From contig SKQC01000102.1 of the NCBI GenBank assembly GCA_007119175.1, positions 1 to 54,767 on the forward strand: 54,767 nucleotides of DNA, in the 5' to 3' direction. Positions 1-10,087 of this stretch are shown here, in pieces. The notes beneath the pieces were generated by a model, which saw only the letters and a list, made by a program, of their open reading frames with translations, was not told the origin of the DNA and did not search any database. Position 1 is the first letter of the stretch. Each line of letters starts with the position of its first letter. Source of the stretch: Myxococcales bacterium. GTDB lineage: Bacteria; Myxococcota_A; Bradymonadia; Bradymonadales; Bradymonadaceae. Made by a program: the position numbers and the translations under genes.

Positions 1-694
1 CGAGCAACTCGGCACCGCGCACACCCGTTCCCTGGTCGATATGCCGGGCTATCTCCTCGAGATGAGGGCGCTTGATACGCTCGCCGCTGCCCAATTCGAT
101 CAATAACACGGCACCCCCATCACCTGTGGTTTCAATGCCGATATCGGCGTTGCCGAGGATCGAAAGGACACCACTGAATTCAGCGATGGCGCCGTCGATC
201 TCCGATCGCGCAACCGGGCAGCGATCGAGCTCCACGATCCGTCGGCTTCCAGCTTCGTAAAATCCGCTCTGAATCGAATCATCGACCCGGCGCTGATGCA
301 GGGTCACTCGGCTGCGATAATCCCACACCGACGGTGCGGCAACGACCTCGGGGCGAGGCAAATCGAGTCCACTGATACGCTCGATGGCCTCGCGGGCCGC
401 ATCGGCTTTCCATTTAATTTCGCTCTCGTAGTCTACGCCCCAGTACTGGCAGCCGCCGCAGCCGCGCTCAAATGCCTCGCATTCCACGGAAGTACGGGCC
501 TGCGAGGATTCGCGGCGGGCGCTGACACGACCTCGCGCCCACCGCTTTTTGTCGGTCTCAAGCTCGACGTCGACCACATCACCGGGTACGGCTCCTCTTA
601 CAAAGACGACGCGACCGTCGGAGAGATGACCGAGACCGTCCCCCCCCTGGGCGAGTTTCTCGATCTCGATTTTTTCTGCCACGTTTTCAGCCAA
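1..694 (-). CDS. rlmD: 23S rRNA (uracil-C5)-methyltransferase RlmD/RumA family, N-terminal part (runs off window)
   Basis: Not in the ORF track; translated by hand from TTG at 694 with GGAG upstream: MAENVAEKIEIEKLAQGGDGLGHLSDGRVVFVRGAVPGDVV (TRAM domain), then CEAFERGCGGCQ (Fe-S motif) and GFYEAGSRRIVELDRCPV. Frame continues to base 1. Confidence 0.85.
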   Translation of the reverse strand, partial: MAENVAEKIEIEKLAQGGDGLGHLSDGRVVFVRGAVPGDVVDVELETDKKRWARGRVSARRESSQARTSVECEAFERGCGGCQYWGVDYESEIKWKADAAREAIERISGLDLPRPEVVAAPSVWDYRSRVTLHQRRVDDSIQSGFYEAGSRRIVELDRCPVARSEIDGAIAEFSGVLSILGNADIGIETTGDGGAVLLIELGSGERIKRPHLEEIARHIDQGTGVRGAELL

Positions 695-754
695 TTTAAT
701 CTCCGTAAAAAAGACGCCGGCCGAATCGGTGGCCCGTGATAATGTCAATGACGC

Positions 755-1096
755 CTACTCAGTCTCAGTGGATTCGCAATCGCCGGTCCACTCGCCGTGA
801 CCCAGCGACGGGCACATATCCGAACAGTGGGATTCCGGTTCACCACAGCTTCCCATGACACAAATTCGCGAGTTGCCACCGGTTTCGCCATCCTCACAAA
901 AGCACAGAATCGGCGGGCAATCATCGGAATCATCGCAGGAACGATCCGTTGCAGCGGCCTCCATACAACTATCAGTGACCTCTACGCCGCTTCCGTTGCC
1001 GTTTCCGTTTCCGTTTCCGTTATCGTCATCGTCACCGCACCCGGCGAATAAAAATAATGCCATCGCCAATACGGCAAATTTTGCTATCCATCGCAT
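755..1096 (-). CDS. Small Cys-rich acidic lipoprotein
   Basis: AAGGAG RBS before ATG 1096; signal peptide with lipobox FAGC; D/NG-repeat linker; 10 Cys in the mature domain. Confidence 0.8.
   Translation of the reverse strand: MRWIAKFAVLAMALFLFAGCGDDDDNGNGNGNGNGSGVEVTDSCMEAAATDRSCDDSDDCPPILCFCEDGETGGNSRICVMGSCGEPESHCSDMCPSLGHGEWTGDCESTETE
991..1021. repeat. Hexamer tandem repeat (TTCCGT-like) encoding the (NG)n linker
   Basis: ttccgttgccgtttccgtttccgtttccgtt inside the lipoprotein gene. Confidence 0.7.
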
Positions 1097-1215
1097 CTTC
1101 AAACTCCTTGAATACAGATAAGAGAGGACAATTTCCTCCCGACCTTCAATAGACGAATGCGCAGCCTAATAGAAAAACCGGCCCTTTGAAAAGCACGCTC
1201 GAACCTCGAGTGATG

Positions 1216-3747
1216 TCAGGGGGCTTCGCTATCTGGTGGGGCAGCATTGCCGTCGACAGAGAGCTCCACGATATCGCGGTTACCCCGGTCGTCGACGGCG
1301 GCGATTGTCCAATTGCCGGGTTCTGGAACCCAGTACACCGCCTCGTCGGGGTCCTCCGAGGCGAGGTGTCGACCGTCGACGTACCAGTGGACCTCGGAAC
1401 CGGTCGAAGAATATGCCTCAAGGCGCACCATTTGCCGATCGGCAGGACGGGTCGTCTCCAGGACCACCGTGGACTCCTCACGCGGAGAGGTGATGGAGAG
1501 AGTGGCGTCGTCTTCGGAACGACAATCGGGGTGAATTGGCGGCATACTTCCGGCGCGGCGGCCACGAGCGCGCTCGAAGCTGGCGACGGCCGAGGGAAGG
1601 CGCTCGACGATGCGCTTTTCGATGTCGTCGACGCCGTCGGGCCGACATCCATCGGGCAAGCGCCTGCCGGAGTCGACGTCAATATCGATCTGGACGTGAA
1701 TATCGCATCTCTCGGGAGCCGCGCTTCTGGCCGGTGCCTCCACGGTCGTCGTATTTTCACAATAGGAGCCCGGACGGCGTCCAGAGCGCGAACAGACCTC
1801 GATTTCGGCGAGTTCGTCGACGGGCTTCGTCGCCCGCAGCGGCACCGGACCGTCGATGGCCTCGACAATCTCGAAAAACAGCGGTGCGGCGACGTAGGCG
1901 CCGACCAGCTCGGGATGGCGCTTAAAATCCAGATCACCGGCCCAGACGGCGACCGTATAATTTTCGCCAAATCCGGCGGTCCAGGCGTCGTGATAGGCAT
2001 AGCTTGTGCCCGTTTTCCAGACGATTCCCTCGTCGCGTGCGCGGCGGGATCCAACGTCGACCCACGGGCGGGGCCTGCGCATAAGTGCCCGCTTCGTCAA
2101 CCAGGAGGCCGCCGGCGAGATCGCCTGTGCGTCGCCGCTCACATCACCACCCGTTTTGGCCGAGACTCCCAGAAAGTGATGGATCAACTCACCTCCGGCG
2201 ATGGCCTGTTCGTTGAGCGTTACACCGTCCCCGGAGTCCACGTCGTAGATCGCCGGCGGCAGCGTACGGCCGCCCCGGGCAAACCCGGCGTATAATGACG
2301 CCACCTCGAGCGTCGAAGCGGGCATGCCGCCGACGACGAGTTCCAGGCCGCCGTCTCCCGCCCGACGAACCGGCCCCTCTAATTCAAAGCGAAACATTGC
2401 CTGCACAAACTCATCGACGCCTAATTTCTCGATAAGCCGCACAAACGGAATATTCAGCGACAGCGCCAGAGCTCGCTCGGCCTCAACGAGGCCCCGATAT
2501 TGGCGATCGAAATTCTCGGGCCGATAATCACCGCGTACCATGGGCACGTCGGCGAGCATATGCGACGGAGCGAGAACGCCCTCGTCGAGCGCCGCGGCGT
2601 AGACCACCGGCTTGAGCAGCGAGCCGGTGGAGCGCGGCGAGGCGAAGGCCGGCAGATGACTGCCAGCCGTGTGAGCGTCAAATGTGAGATTTCCCACGAT
2701 CGCGCGAATCTCGCCGGTCTCAGATTCCATCACCACCACCGCCGCGTGGGGAGCGCCGGTGGCCTGCAAGCGGGCGCGATGCTCGCCGACAATCTCAGTG
2801 ACTCGCTGCTGGGTGCTCCTCTCAAGCGTGGTCTCAATGCGCACTGCCGGCTGTGCGCGCCCCGTTTCCTGGCGCTCAAAAGCCTGTGGGCGATGGGTTT
2901 TCAGCCAGCGAATGACGTGGGGAATCTCGCGCGGGGGACCGGCGATCTCGACGGGCACTTCGGTCTCATCGAGCATTGCCTGCAGCTCATCTGGCCTGGC
3001 GGCCATGGGAATCGCGCCCTCCCCGGCGAGCCGAATGGCGATCTGGTCGCGTGACTGGCGCAGATTTTCGCGGTTTCGCTCCGATGGTCCACGGGCCCCG
3101 GGATTTTGCGGAATCGCAAGTAAGGTCGCGATTTCGGCAGCGCTCAATCCCGACGGAGACCGACCCCAGAAGGACAGAGTTGCCACCTCGATCCCCTCGA
3201 AATTGCCTCCGTAGGGAACGAAGCGAAGATAGGCCTCTAAGATCTCCTCTTTCGACAGATGCCGCTCAAGCTGCAACGCCCGCAATGCCTCCACTGATTT
3301 GGAGCGCAATGTTCGCGGTCGGGGCTCCAAAAGACGGACCAATTGCATGGTGATCGTCGACGCCCCGGAGACCGCAGATCCGGCCCGTATATTCTCAAAA
3401 AAGGCCCGGCAGATGGCGATGGGATCGACGCCGGGATGGCGATAAAAGCGCTTGTCCTCGAGCGCCAAAAGCGCTTCGACATAAGCCGGATCGACATCGT
3501 CGAGACTGGTGGGAAACCGCCATCGCTCATCGTCTGACAACAGGGCATGGGCCGGACGCCCGTCGTGATAGGTGGCGACGACGGAATCGCCGTAATCCAG
3601 CCGCTCCGGAAGCGGAATCACGTGGGCCGCCACCAGGGCACCGACACCGCCCAGCGCGACCAGTGCGCCGAGCGCAATGACCAGTCGCCATCGCAACAAT
3701 CTGCGAAACCATTCCCCGCACCTTCCGAGGAGCGATAAGAATTTCAC
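1216..3747 (-). CDS. pbpC: Penicillin-binding protein 1C (transglycosylase/transpeptidase)
   Basis: N-terminal TM; GT51 motifs EDKRFYRHPGVD and GASTITMQL; transpeptidase motifs SLLK, SLN, KTG. GTG at 3747 overlaps the stop of the upstream A2M gene (GTGA). Confidence 0.92.
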   Translation of the reverse strand: MKFLSLLGRCGEWFRRLLRWRLVIALGALVALGGVGALVAAHVIPLPERLDYGDSVVATYHDGRPAHALLSDDERWRFPTSLDDVDPAYVEALLALEDKRFYRHPGVDPIAICRAFFENIRAGSAVSGASTITMQLVRLLEPRPRTLRSKSVEALRALQLERHLSKEEILEAYLRFVPYGGNFEGIEVATLSFWGRSPSGLSAAEIATLLAIPQNPGARGPSERNRENLRQSRDQIAIRLAGEGAIPMAARPDELQAMLDETEVPVEIAGPPREIPHVIRWLKTHRPQAFERQETGRAQPAVRIETTLERSTQQRVTEIVGEHRARLQATGAPHAAVVVMESETGEIRAIVGNLTFDAHTAGSHLPAFASPRSTGSLLKPVVYAAALDEGVLAPSHMLADVPMVRGDYRPENFDRQYRGLVEAERALALSLNIPFVRLIEKLGVDEFVQAMFRFELEGPVRRAGDGGLELVVGGMPASTLEVASLYAGFARGGRTLPPAIYDVDSGDGVTLNEQAIAGGELIHHFLGVSAKTGGDVSGDAQAISPAASWLTKRALMRRPRPWVDVGSRRARDEGIVWKTGTSYAYHDAWTAGFGENYTVAVWAGDLDFKRHPELVGAYVAAPLFFEIVEAIDGPVPLRATKPVDELAEIEVCSRSGRRPGSYCENTTTVEAPARSAAPERCDIHVQIDIDVDSGRRLPDGCRPDGVDDIEKRIVERLPSAVASFERARGRRAGSMPPIHPDCRSEDDATLSITSPREESTVVLETTRPADRQMVRLEAYSSTGSEVHWYVDGRHLASEDPDEAVYWVPEPGNWTIAAVDDRGNRDIVELSVDGNAAPPDSEAP

Positions 3748-6700
3748 GGCCTGATAACCCGGACCTGGTCGCCGGCGATTCGAGCCCAGCGGTGTTTCTG
3801 ATACATCGACGTCAACTCCGCCGGCGGCGTATCGAAGGTCCCCGCAGTAGTCGCCCGCATACTGTAGACAAAGCGCACCGTCTGGTCTTCGCGGATCGAC
3901 CCGAAGGCCTCGATTCGGTCGTCGCGCACGTCGAAATGGTCGACGCTCCACTCATCGGAGCTATCAAACCAGTCGGGGCGCACATCGCCATCGGGACGCG
4001 GGTCCTCGACTTCAAACCCGCCGGGCAAACGATCGACGAGGGCGAGGTTCTGCATCGTCGTCTCCTCGCTGTGGCTCGCCTGCAACTCCACATATACCAG
4101 ATCGCCGACCTCTACTCGCTGAAGCGAAACGGGGTTGCCGTCGACGTCGCGGACCCGACGCTGCAACCGGAGCCCTTCGCTTCCAAATTCTGGCTGAGCC
4201 TGAGAATGCACACCCTCAGTGCGGCGAAATACCGACACAGGACCCTCGGGATCTTCGTCAAACACAAGCCTTACTTCGGGGTATTCGGAGGCCCGATGCA
4301 GCCGCCACGAACGAGAGCCGTCGTCGCCAACGACCTCCGGCTCCACAGTCGATCCGGCCGCCACAAGACGGGCATCGGGAATGCTGCCACTCCGCTCTTC
4401 GGCCCACCTGCCGAGGGCGGCGATGGACCATCCCAATTCGTGGAGATTCAACTCGCCGACCTCGGCATCGACGAGGCGATCGGCGACGCGTTCGACGAGA
4501 TCTTCGAGCAACTCGTGATCGGCACCGAAGACCTCGATGGCCACCTCCAAGATCAGTCCTTCATGGCGGGCGGGAGTGTAGTGATCGCCAAAAAACCGGA
4601 AAGTGCTCTCGTCGAATTCCGGCTCACGTATCAACGCCCGCAGATCATCTCCAACCGTCTCGTCGCCGGCCAGGTGAAGCGCAGCGGTCGCCAGTAGCGC
4701 TCGCTCATGGTCACGACCCGACGGGTCATCGGGCAACTCGCTTAAAAGCGCCCGGGCGGCCCGTCGATTCGGGCGGCCCTGCCTGGCCAGGACCCAGACC
4801 GCGAGATCGAGATCTTCGACCCCGTAGCGGCGCTGAACACGGCGATCGAGCCAGTCGAGGCCGTCTCGAAGAACCCACGCCGGTACGTCATGGCCGGCCT
4901 CGTCGGCCGTGGTCAGCATATCGAGGACGTAGGCCTGTCCCCAGGGGCCGACGGTGGCGCTCCCACCAGCCCAGTAGGCAAATTGCCCGGACGAGCGCTG
5001 CAGCCGCTCCACACCGCGGATTCCCCGTCTGATACGCCAATCTGCACCCCTTGTACTGGCCTCCGGATCGGCGGCCTTCAAAAGTCTGTCGAGGTAGGCG
5101 ACGGGTCGAATTCTGGCCACCGTATTGTAGAGATTGGTCCCCAGACGAAGCAGCGGATAGCGAAGCACGTGTTCGAGATGCACAAATGCCGGAGCCCGTG
5201 GGATGGACGTCACCCATAACTCGGTGGTCTCACTTGTGGGAAGCCACCCGTCGAGCTCTGAAAGCACATCGAATTCGCGGCTGTCCACGGAGTGATGCTC
5301 AAACTCCACTTCCGTCGGCCCGTCGGGATAAATCGGGACTCTCGCCGTATGGCGCGAATTTTCACCATTTCCGGACGCCTCGAATAAAAGCTGTGGTGCA
5401 CCGGCACGGCCGACCACCTCGACTTCAAAGTTGACCTGGCCGCGCTGGTCAGGGGCGAGCTGGAGTGAGCCCGTATCGTCACCGACAATTTCCAACTCCG
5501 CGGTGTCGTCTTCCATCAAGCTCATATCCGGCAAGGTCACGGCGCGAAGGTCGACGTCCACCGTAGTCTCGGTGGTATTCGTCACCGACAGCGGTACCTG
5601 AAAGCGATCGCCGTGAGTCGCAAACCGCGGCGCCGTCGCCTGCAATGCCAGGGGATCGCGAATCACCGTATGGTCTGTGGCTTCGCCGAGCCGCGCCCCG
5701 TCGACGACAACTGCCGAGATCTCGAGTTCACCGCGAAAATCGGGGATATCAAAGTCGACAGTGGCCCGTCCTTCGTCGTCGAGGTCGACAAGTCCAGACC
5801 ACATCGCCGTCGGATCGACGGGCATTATCGCCGGCGGCGCCGGAGCCGGTGGTGCATACGCCCCACCCCCGAATCGCTGCGGCGAGACATCGGCGTACCA
5901 GCCGACCGTATCGAAGGTCTCCACACCAAGCGCCCGTATGCTGAACAACTGCTCCAGTGGATCCTCGAATTCATGGCTCGCCATCGTCAGGATGCCGCGG
6001 TCGACGGCGGCGACGGCGACCCTCGCATCGGGGCCGGCCGTCTCACTGGTGACCTCCACGCTCAACGTGTCGCCGGGCTCCAGCTCCTCGGGCACGTTCA
6101 AGTCGACGTCGGCTCTCCAGCGGTCTCGGGCGACATTGACGCGCGAGACGCCAAATGCCCGGTCCAGCCCCTCAGGAGCGTCATCACCGGCCGGCACATA
6201 CAGCGCCGAGACATAGATATTGGGATCAAAATACTCCACTTCGACCTCCCAGCTATTTTCTCCGGCCTCCACATCGAGCCACTCCCAGGAGTCAACGCGG
6301 GCCGTCTCCACGGCCACCAACGCCCGGCCGTCGGCAGGGGCGTCGAAGGAAAACTCAGCCGTTTCACCGACGGTGATCTCGTCCGGTCCGCCAATATCGA
6401 GATGGGCCGGATCGTCGGGCCGCGGGTCCGTATCGCGCTGTCCCCACCCCCAGAATCGCCGCGGGGAGGCGACCTCCAGCTCGGAGACGGCTCCCTGAGC
6501 CTGGGCGCGAAAATAAAGGCCGACAGACGTTCCACGCGGCTCTGCCCGCATCGAAAAACGACCGTCGGCCACATCGACCTGTCGGCGTTCATCGACGCTC
6601 TCGTGGCGCTCACGCTCCCACTGAGTTCGGCCCTGGCGATAAATTCGCGTCGAGCTGTAGCGGATGGCGCCGAGTTCGAGATCGACGCTGTCGACGCCGT

Positions 6701-9422
6701 CGGCAACGCGCCCGTCGGAGCCGACGACGATGCCTTCGAGTCGGGCACCGTCGCTTGCATCGACCCGATCGTCGGGCGAACGCAGTCCGACTAACCTGTC
6801 GCCGGGCAGCAACGTCGTCTGCTCCTCGGCGCGTGAGGCCCGTCCGCTGCCGGCCTCAAAGACGGCGACCTCCACGTCGACACCGTAGATCGCCCGATCG
6901 TCGAAGTCAGAAGGCTCGCAGCGAAACTCAGCGAGCCCATTGGCATCGAGCCGCCCGTCGGTGCGCGCCGTCGTCGATTCGATCTTGTCCGAAAACGGCC
7001 CAAAATCGTATTCCGGCCACCGATCCTGAAACGGCTGTGCCGCCTCGAAGCGGCACTCCACCTCGAATTCAGCGTCGGCGGCCGGCGTACCGAAGAAATA
7101 CTCTGCCTCGATATCGCCGCCGAATCCTCCGCCGTCATAGACGATGATATCGTCGACATCGACATCGACATCGATTCGCTCCGGCACGAATTCCTCGACC
7201 GAGATTTGTTGGCTGACGAGCTCCTCGTCTCCCGAAAATATCTCGACGCTCCAGCTCCCGGTGGAGGCCATCTCGGGAATCTCATAGGTGAATTCGAAGG
7301 CACCCACCTCGTCGGTCTGGGCCACTGTACTAAAGACCTCCTGGCGCCGGGCATCAGTGAGTTCGATGCCCACGGGCAGTCCCGCCTCCGCGCGGTATTG
7401 ATCACCGCGAATAAATCCGGCAAATTTCATCTCCTCGCCGGGCCGATATAGCGTCCGCTCCCCGCTCAGAGCGCCCCGATAGGGTGGATCATCGCCATAA
7501 TCTCGTCCGCCGATCGAACCCTCGACGACCTCCGTTTTCGTATCCTCCCAGTCGACATAGGCCAACTCGTCGACGCCCTCGGCGACGACGGCAAAAGGCG
7601 GCTCATTTTCCAGATCGCCCCAATTTCCGCTCAACGCGCAATGGCCGCCGCCGTCAGTTGCGCATTCCGCCAACACGCGTCCGTTCTGGCGCACCAATTC
7701 TAGATTCACATCGGCGATCGGCTGTGCGGAGTCGGCATCGATCGTCCAAACCCAGACCTCATCAACCTCGGATTCGACGTGGCTGGCGCGCTTGGCGATT
7801 AATTGCAGATCGCTGACGATGAAGCGATGACTATCGTTGAGTCCTCCCTGAAATGGGGCCGAAACCTCGATCTGATAGGCGCCCGGTTGCGGCTCGCCGA
7901 CGAGTTCCATCAGATCGATATAGGAGTGTTGAACCTCTTCGGGGCCCGGATCGAGCTCCAGGTATTTCTCGGCAATCGCAAAGGAAGCAGCTCCGCCCAT
8001 CGCGTCGCCTCCGGAGAGCCAGAACGTAAAGTGATGCCCCGCTGCATGGCGAACCACGACCCGGGCCATCTCCACGTCTCGATGGCGAATTGGAACTCGC
8101 GCCCAATCGGAGCGCTCCAGATATCGTCCATCGGCATCGATGGCCAATTCCGGCGATGGCGCCCTCGGCTCCAGGAGCTCTTCGCGTCCCTCATAGAGTT
8201 CGGCAGAATGCTCGCCCCAATCGCCAGTGCGCAGAGCGAGACCGACCGGTCCGCGCACCCCGTCGAGGTCGAGTACCAGATCAAAGCCATGCTGATGGTC
8301 GACGACCGAGACGCCGGCGTCGACGTCGAGTTCGACGAGCTCCAGCGCTCGCTGAGAGTCGACGTCACAGCGGCGCGAGACATCACGAATACTGCTCCTG
8401 ATTTCACGGTCCCAATAGCTGCGCCTGGTCTCGGCAACGGCCGGGTCGTGACACAAGACGCGCACCGTCGGACTTCCGCCGCGTTCATAGAGCCCGACTG
8501 CGCGAATCTCGAGGGTCTCCGTATCCGTGCCAACCTGGATCGACTCATCGACCTCATCCATCGGATCGCCCCCCAGTGTCGACGTCAATTGAGACCCGCC
8601 GCTGAGGTGAATTCCGTCGACGGCTCCTGCGAAGTCAATGGAGAGCGAGCGCAGGCGCACGTCGATGACGCGATCGTCGCGTTGGCTGTAGGCGACGCTT
8701 TCCAGCAAAGCGCCGTCCAGGGCCCACGAAAGTTGATCTTCTACGGCGGCGACATCGACGGGCGCCGAAAACCGCAGCTCGACGTGAGCAAATGCACCGA
8801 CCGGCCTTGCTGCCGAGATATCGACCAACTCCAGCGGTGGCGTCTCAAATGTCGTTGCAGGTGACTCGTCGAATTCCACGAGCTCCACGTCTTCGTCTCC
8901 ATCGTCGCTCTCACCGAATACAAATTCGATGACCTCAAACTCGACATCGTAGCTCTCTGCCGGCTTTAGCTCACCGTCGAATTCAATGCGGAAGACGGTG
9001 TGGTTGTCCGTTAGATTGGGCCGGTCGACATCGACTGTATTGCCGGCCTCATCAGTGATCGTGATCACCGTCCCCGGTCCGATCTGTGGATGGCCTCGAC
9101 GCACGACGGAACGATCGACGACAGCCACCAACCCCGAAGGTACAGCCCCCGGCTTACCGACGGCCCGCATCGCCACATCCCAGCGCTCCGGATCGACGAT
9201 ACGCGCTTTGTCATCCGGGTCGAAATCATCGCGCACAGCACCAGCGATCTCCGGTTTGGGAATCTCCGCAGATCGGTCGCGCTCGGCCACCTCACCGGGC
9301 TCCGGCACATCGTCGACTTCGTCGCCGCAATCACAGGCCGATGTCCCGAGCACCAATACAAGAATGAAAACCGCTATGATTCGCTGGAAAACCCCATCCA
9401 CTCTTTGAAACGGTACAAGCAT
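3744..9422 (-). CDS. Bacterial alpha-2-macroglobulin family lipoprotein (no thioester motif)
   Basis: 1892 aa; lipobox TSAC; MG2-type YRPGE and VEEFVPER; AAVDRGIL; FRGELEISAV; C-terminal DRLPGGFEVE, RDDR, RATTAGTF; directly upstream of pbpC. Confidence 0.93.
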   Translation of the reverse strand: MLVPFQRVDGVFQRIIAVFILVLVLGTSACDCGDEVDDVPEPGEVAERDRSAEIPKPEIAGAVRDDFDPDDKARIVDPERWDVAMRAVGKPGAVPSGLVAVVDRSVVRRGHPQIGPGTVITITDEAGNTVDVDRPNLTDNHTVFRIEFDGELKPAESYDVEFEVIEFVFGESDDGDEDVELVEFDESPATTFETPPLELVDISAARPVGAFAHVELRFSAPVDVAAVEDQLSWALDGALLESVAYSQRDDRVIDVRLRSLSIDFAGAVDGIHLSGGSQLTSTLGGDPMDEVDESIQVGTDTETLEIRAVGLYERGGSPTVRVLCHDPAVAETRRSYWDREIRSSIRDVSRRCDVDSQRALELVELDVDAGVSVVDHQHGFDLVLDLDGVRGPVGLALRTGDWGEHSAELYEGREELLEPRAPSPELAIDADGRYLERSDWARVPIRHRDVEMARVVVRHAAGHHFTFWLSGGDAMGGAASFAIAEKYLELDPGPEEVQHSYIDLMELVGEPQPGAYQIEVSAPFQGGLNDSHRFIVSDLQLIAKRASHVESEVDEVWVWTIDADSAQPIADVNLELVRQNGRVLAECATDGGGHCALSGNWGDLENEPPFAVVAEGVDELAYVDWEDTKTEVVEGSIGGRDYGDDPPYRGALSGERTLYRPGEEMKFAGFIRGDQYRAEAGLPVGIELTDARRQEVFSTVAQTDEVGAFEFTYEIPEMASTGSWSVEIFSGDEELVSQQISVEEFVPERIDVDVDVDDIIVYDGGGFGGDIEAEYFFGTPAADAEFEVECRFEAAQPFQDRWPEYDFGPFSDKIESTTARTDGRLDANGLAEFRCEPSDFDDRAIYGVDVEVAVFEAGSGRASRAEEQTTLLPGDRLVGLRSPDDRVDASDGARLEGIVVGSDGRVADGVDSVDLELGAIRYSSTRIYRQGRTQWERERHESVDERRQVDVADGRFSMRAEPRGTSVGLYFRAQAQGAVSELEVASPRRFWGWGQRDTDPRPDDPAHLDIGGPDEITVGETAEFSFDAPADGRALVAVETARVDSWEWLDVEAGENSWEVEVEYFDPNIYVSALYVPAGDDAPEGLDRAFGVSRVNVARDRWRADVDLNVPEELEPGDTLSVEVTSETAGPDARVAVAAVDRGILTMASHEFEDPLEQLFSIRALGVETFDTVGWYADVSPQRFGGGAYAPPAPAPPAIMPVDPTAMWSGLVDLDDEGRATVDFDIPDFRGELEISAVVVDGARLGEATDHTVIRDPLALQATAPRFATHGDRFQVPLSVTNTTETTVDVDLRAVTLPDMSLMEDDTAELEIVGDDTGSLQLAPDQRGQVNFEVEVVGRAGAPQLLFEASGNGENSRHTARVPIYPDGPTEVEFEHHSVDSREFDVLSELDGWLPTSETTELWVTSIPRAPAFVHLEHVLRYPLLRLGTNLYNTVARIRPVAYLDRLLKAADPEASTRGADWRIRRGIRGVERLQRSSGQFAYWAGGSATVGPWGQAYVLDMLTTADEAGHDVPAWVLRDGLDWLDRRVQRRYGVEDLDLAVWVLARQGRPNRRAARALLSELPDDPSGRDHERALLATAALHLAGDETVGDDLRALIREPEFDESTFRFFGDHYTPARHEGLILEVAIEVFGADHELLEDLVERVADRLVDAEVGELNLHELGWSIAALGRWAEERSGSIPDARLVAAGSTVEPEVVGDDGSRSWRLHRASEYPEVRLVFDEDPEGPVSVFRRTEGVHSQAQPEFGSEGLRLQRRVRDVDGNPVSLQRVEVGDLVYVELQASHSEETTMQNLALVDRLPGGFEVEDPRPDGDVRPDWFDSSDEWSVDHFDVRDDRIEAFGSIREDQTVRFVYSMRATTAGTFDTPPAELTSMYQKHRWARIAGDQVRVIRP

Positions 9423-9617
9423 CGCATTACCTCGACAGCGCCGCGTTCAATTGATGATCAGATCGGGCCGAGCCTAGTCGACGTTCGCGCTAACTTGCAA
9501 GACGAAGGAGGCAGCCAGGGCGGAAACAACTCCTCTGGCATTGTGCTGCCAATCCGTCGATAATTCTCTGAGGGACTTTTAGCCAAAGACACCAGACCTG
9601 GTCGGAGAGGGCGAGCG

Positions 9618-10067
9618 ATGACTAAAAAAGTGAAATTTGCGGCGATAGCAATGGCCACCATCGGACTGTTATGGGTGGGCTGCACCGCGCCCACCGCAGA
9701 GGTCAGAAGTGCTGATCTGCGAAGTCTCACCCTGCAACAATTGGACGTGGGATTGACGCTGGATTTGAAAAACCCCAATGAATTTTCGATTCCCGTCGAG
9801 GCCATCGACTGGGGATTGTCATTATTTGACACATCCGTCGCCGACGGTCGGGCGCAGCCCGATGCCGAAATCGCCGCCAATAGCAGTACCGATGTGGACG
9901 TACCGATTTCGCTTCGTCTCTCGGATCTGTCACAGACCGCCAGCCGCGTCGCGAGTTCCTCGCTGATCCCCTGGGCAATCGGTGGCACCTGCCATTTTGA
10001 CATTCCCACAGGAAGCGTCGCCGTCGACTTTAGCCGAGACGGCGAATGGGACAATCCATTGCGCTGA
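9618..10067 (+). CDS. LEA type 2 / WHy domain lipoprotein
   Basis: Lipobox WVGC; LDLKNPNEFSIPV (NPN motif) with a beta-rich pattern; GGAG upstream. Confidence 0.8.
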   Translation: MTKKVKFAAIAMATIGLLWVGCTAPTAEVRSADLRSLTLQQLDVGLTLDLKNPNEFSIPVEAIDWGLSLFDTSVADGRAQPDAEIAANSSTDVDVPISLRLSDLSQTASRVASSSLIPWAIGGTCHFDIPTGSVAVDFSRDGEWDNPLR

Positions 10068-10087
10068 CGATGGGGATCGTCGAGATA

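Noticed and set aside
296..739. 147 aa + strand ORF
   Set aside because: Antisense shadow of the minus-strand rlmD, which has clear family motifs.
3748..3951. N-terminal extension of the pbpC ORF to 3951
   Set aside because: Lies inside the A2M gene; the GTGA-coupled start at 3747 puts the TM at the N-terminus.
7152..7175. (GACATC)n short tandem repeat
   Set aside because: Encodes the DVDVDV beta-strand of A2M; not an array.
5613..8864. Long + strand ORFs (393 aa and 353 aa) opposite A2M, and similar shadows elsewhere
   Set aside because: Typical antisense ORFs of GC-rich DNA, with no motifs.
9535..9553. Possible sigma-54 promoter (tggcattgtgctgcca)
   Set aside because: GG-to-GC spacing is 9 rather than the required 10 on either strand.
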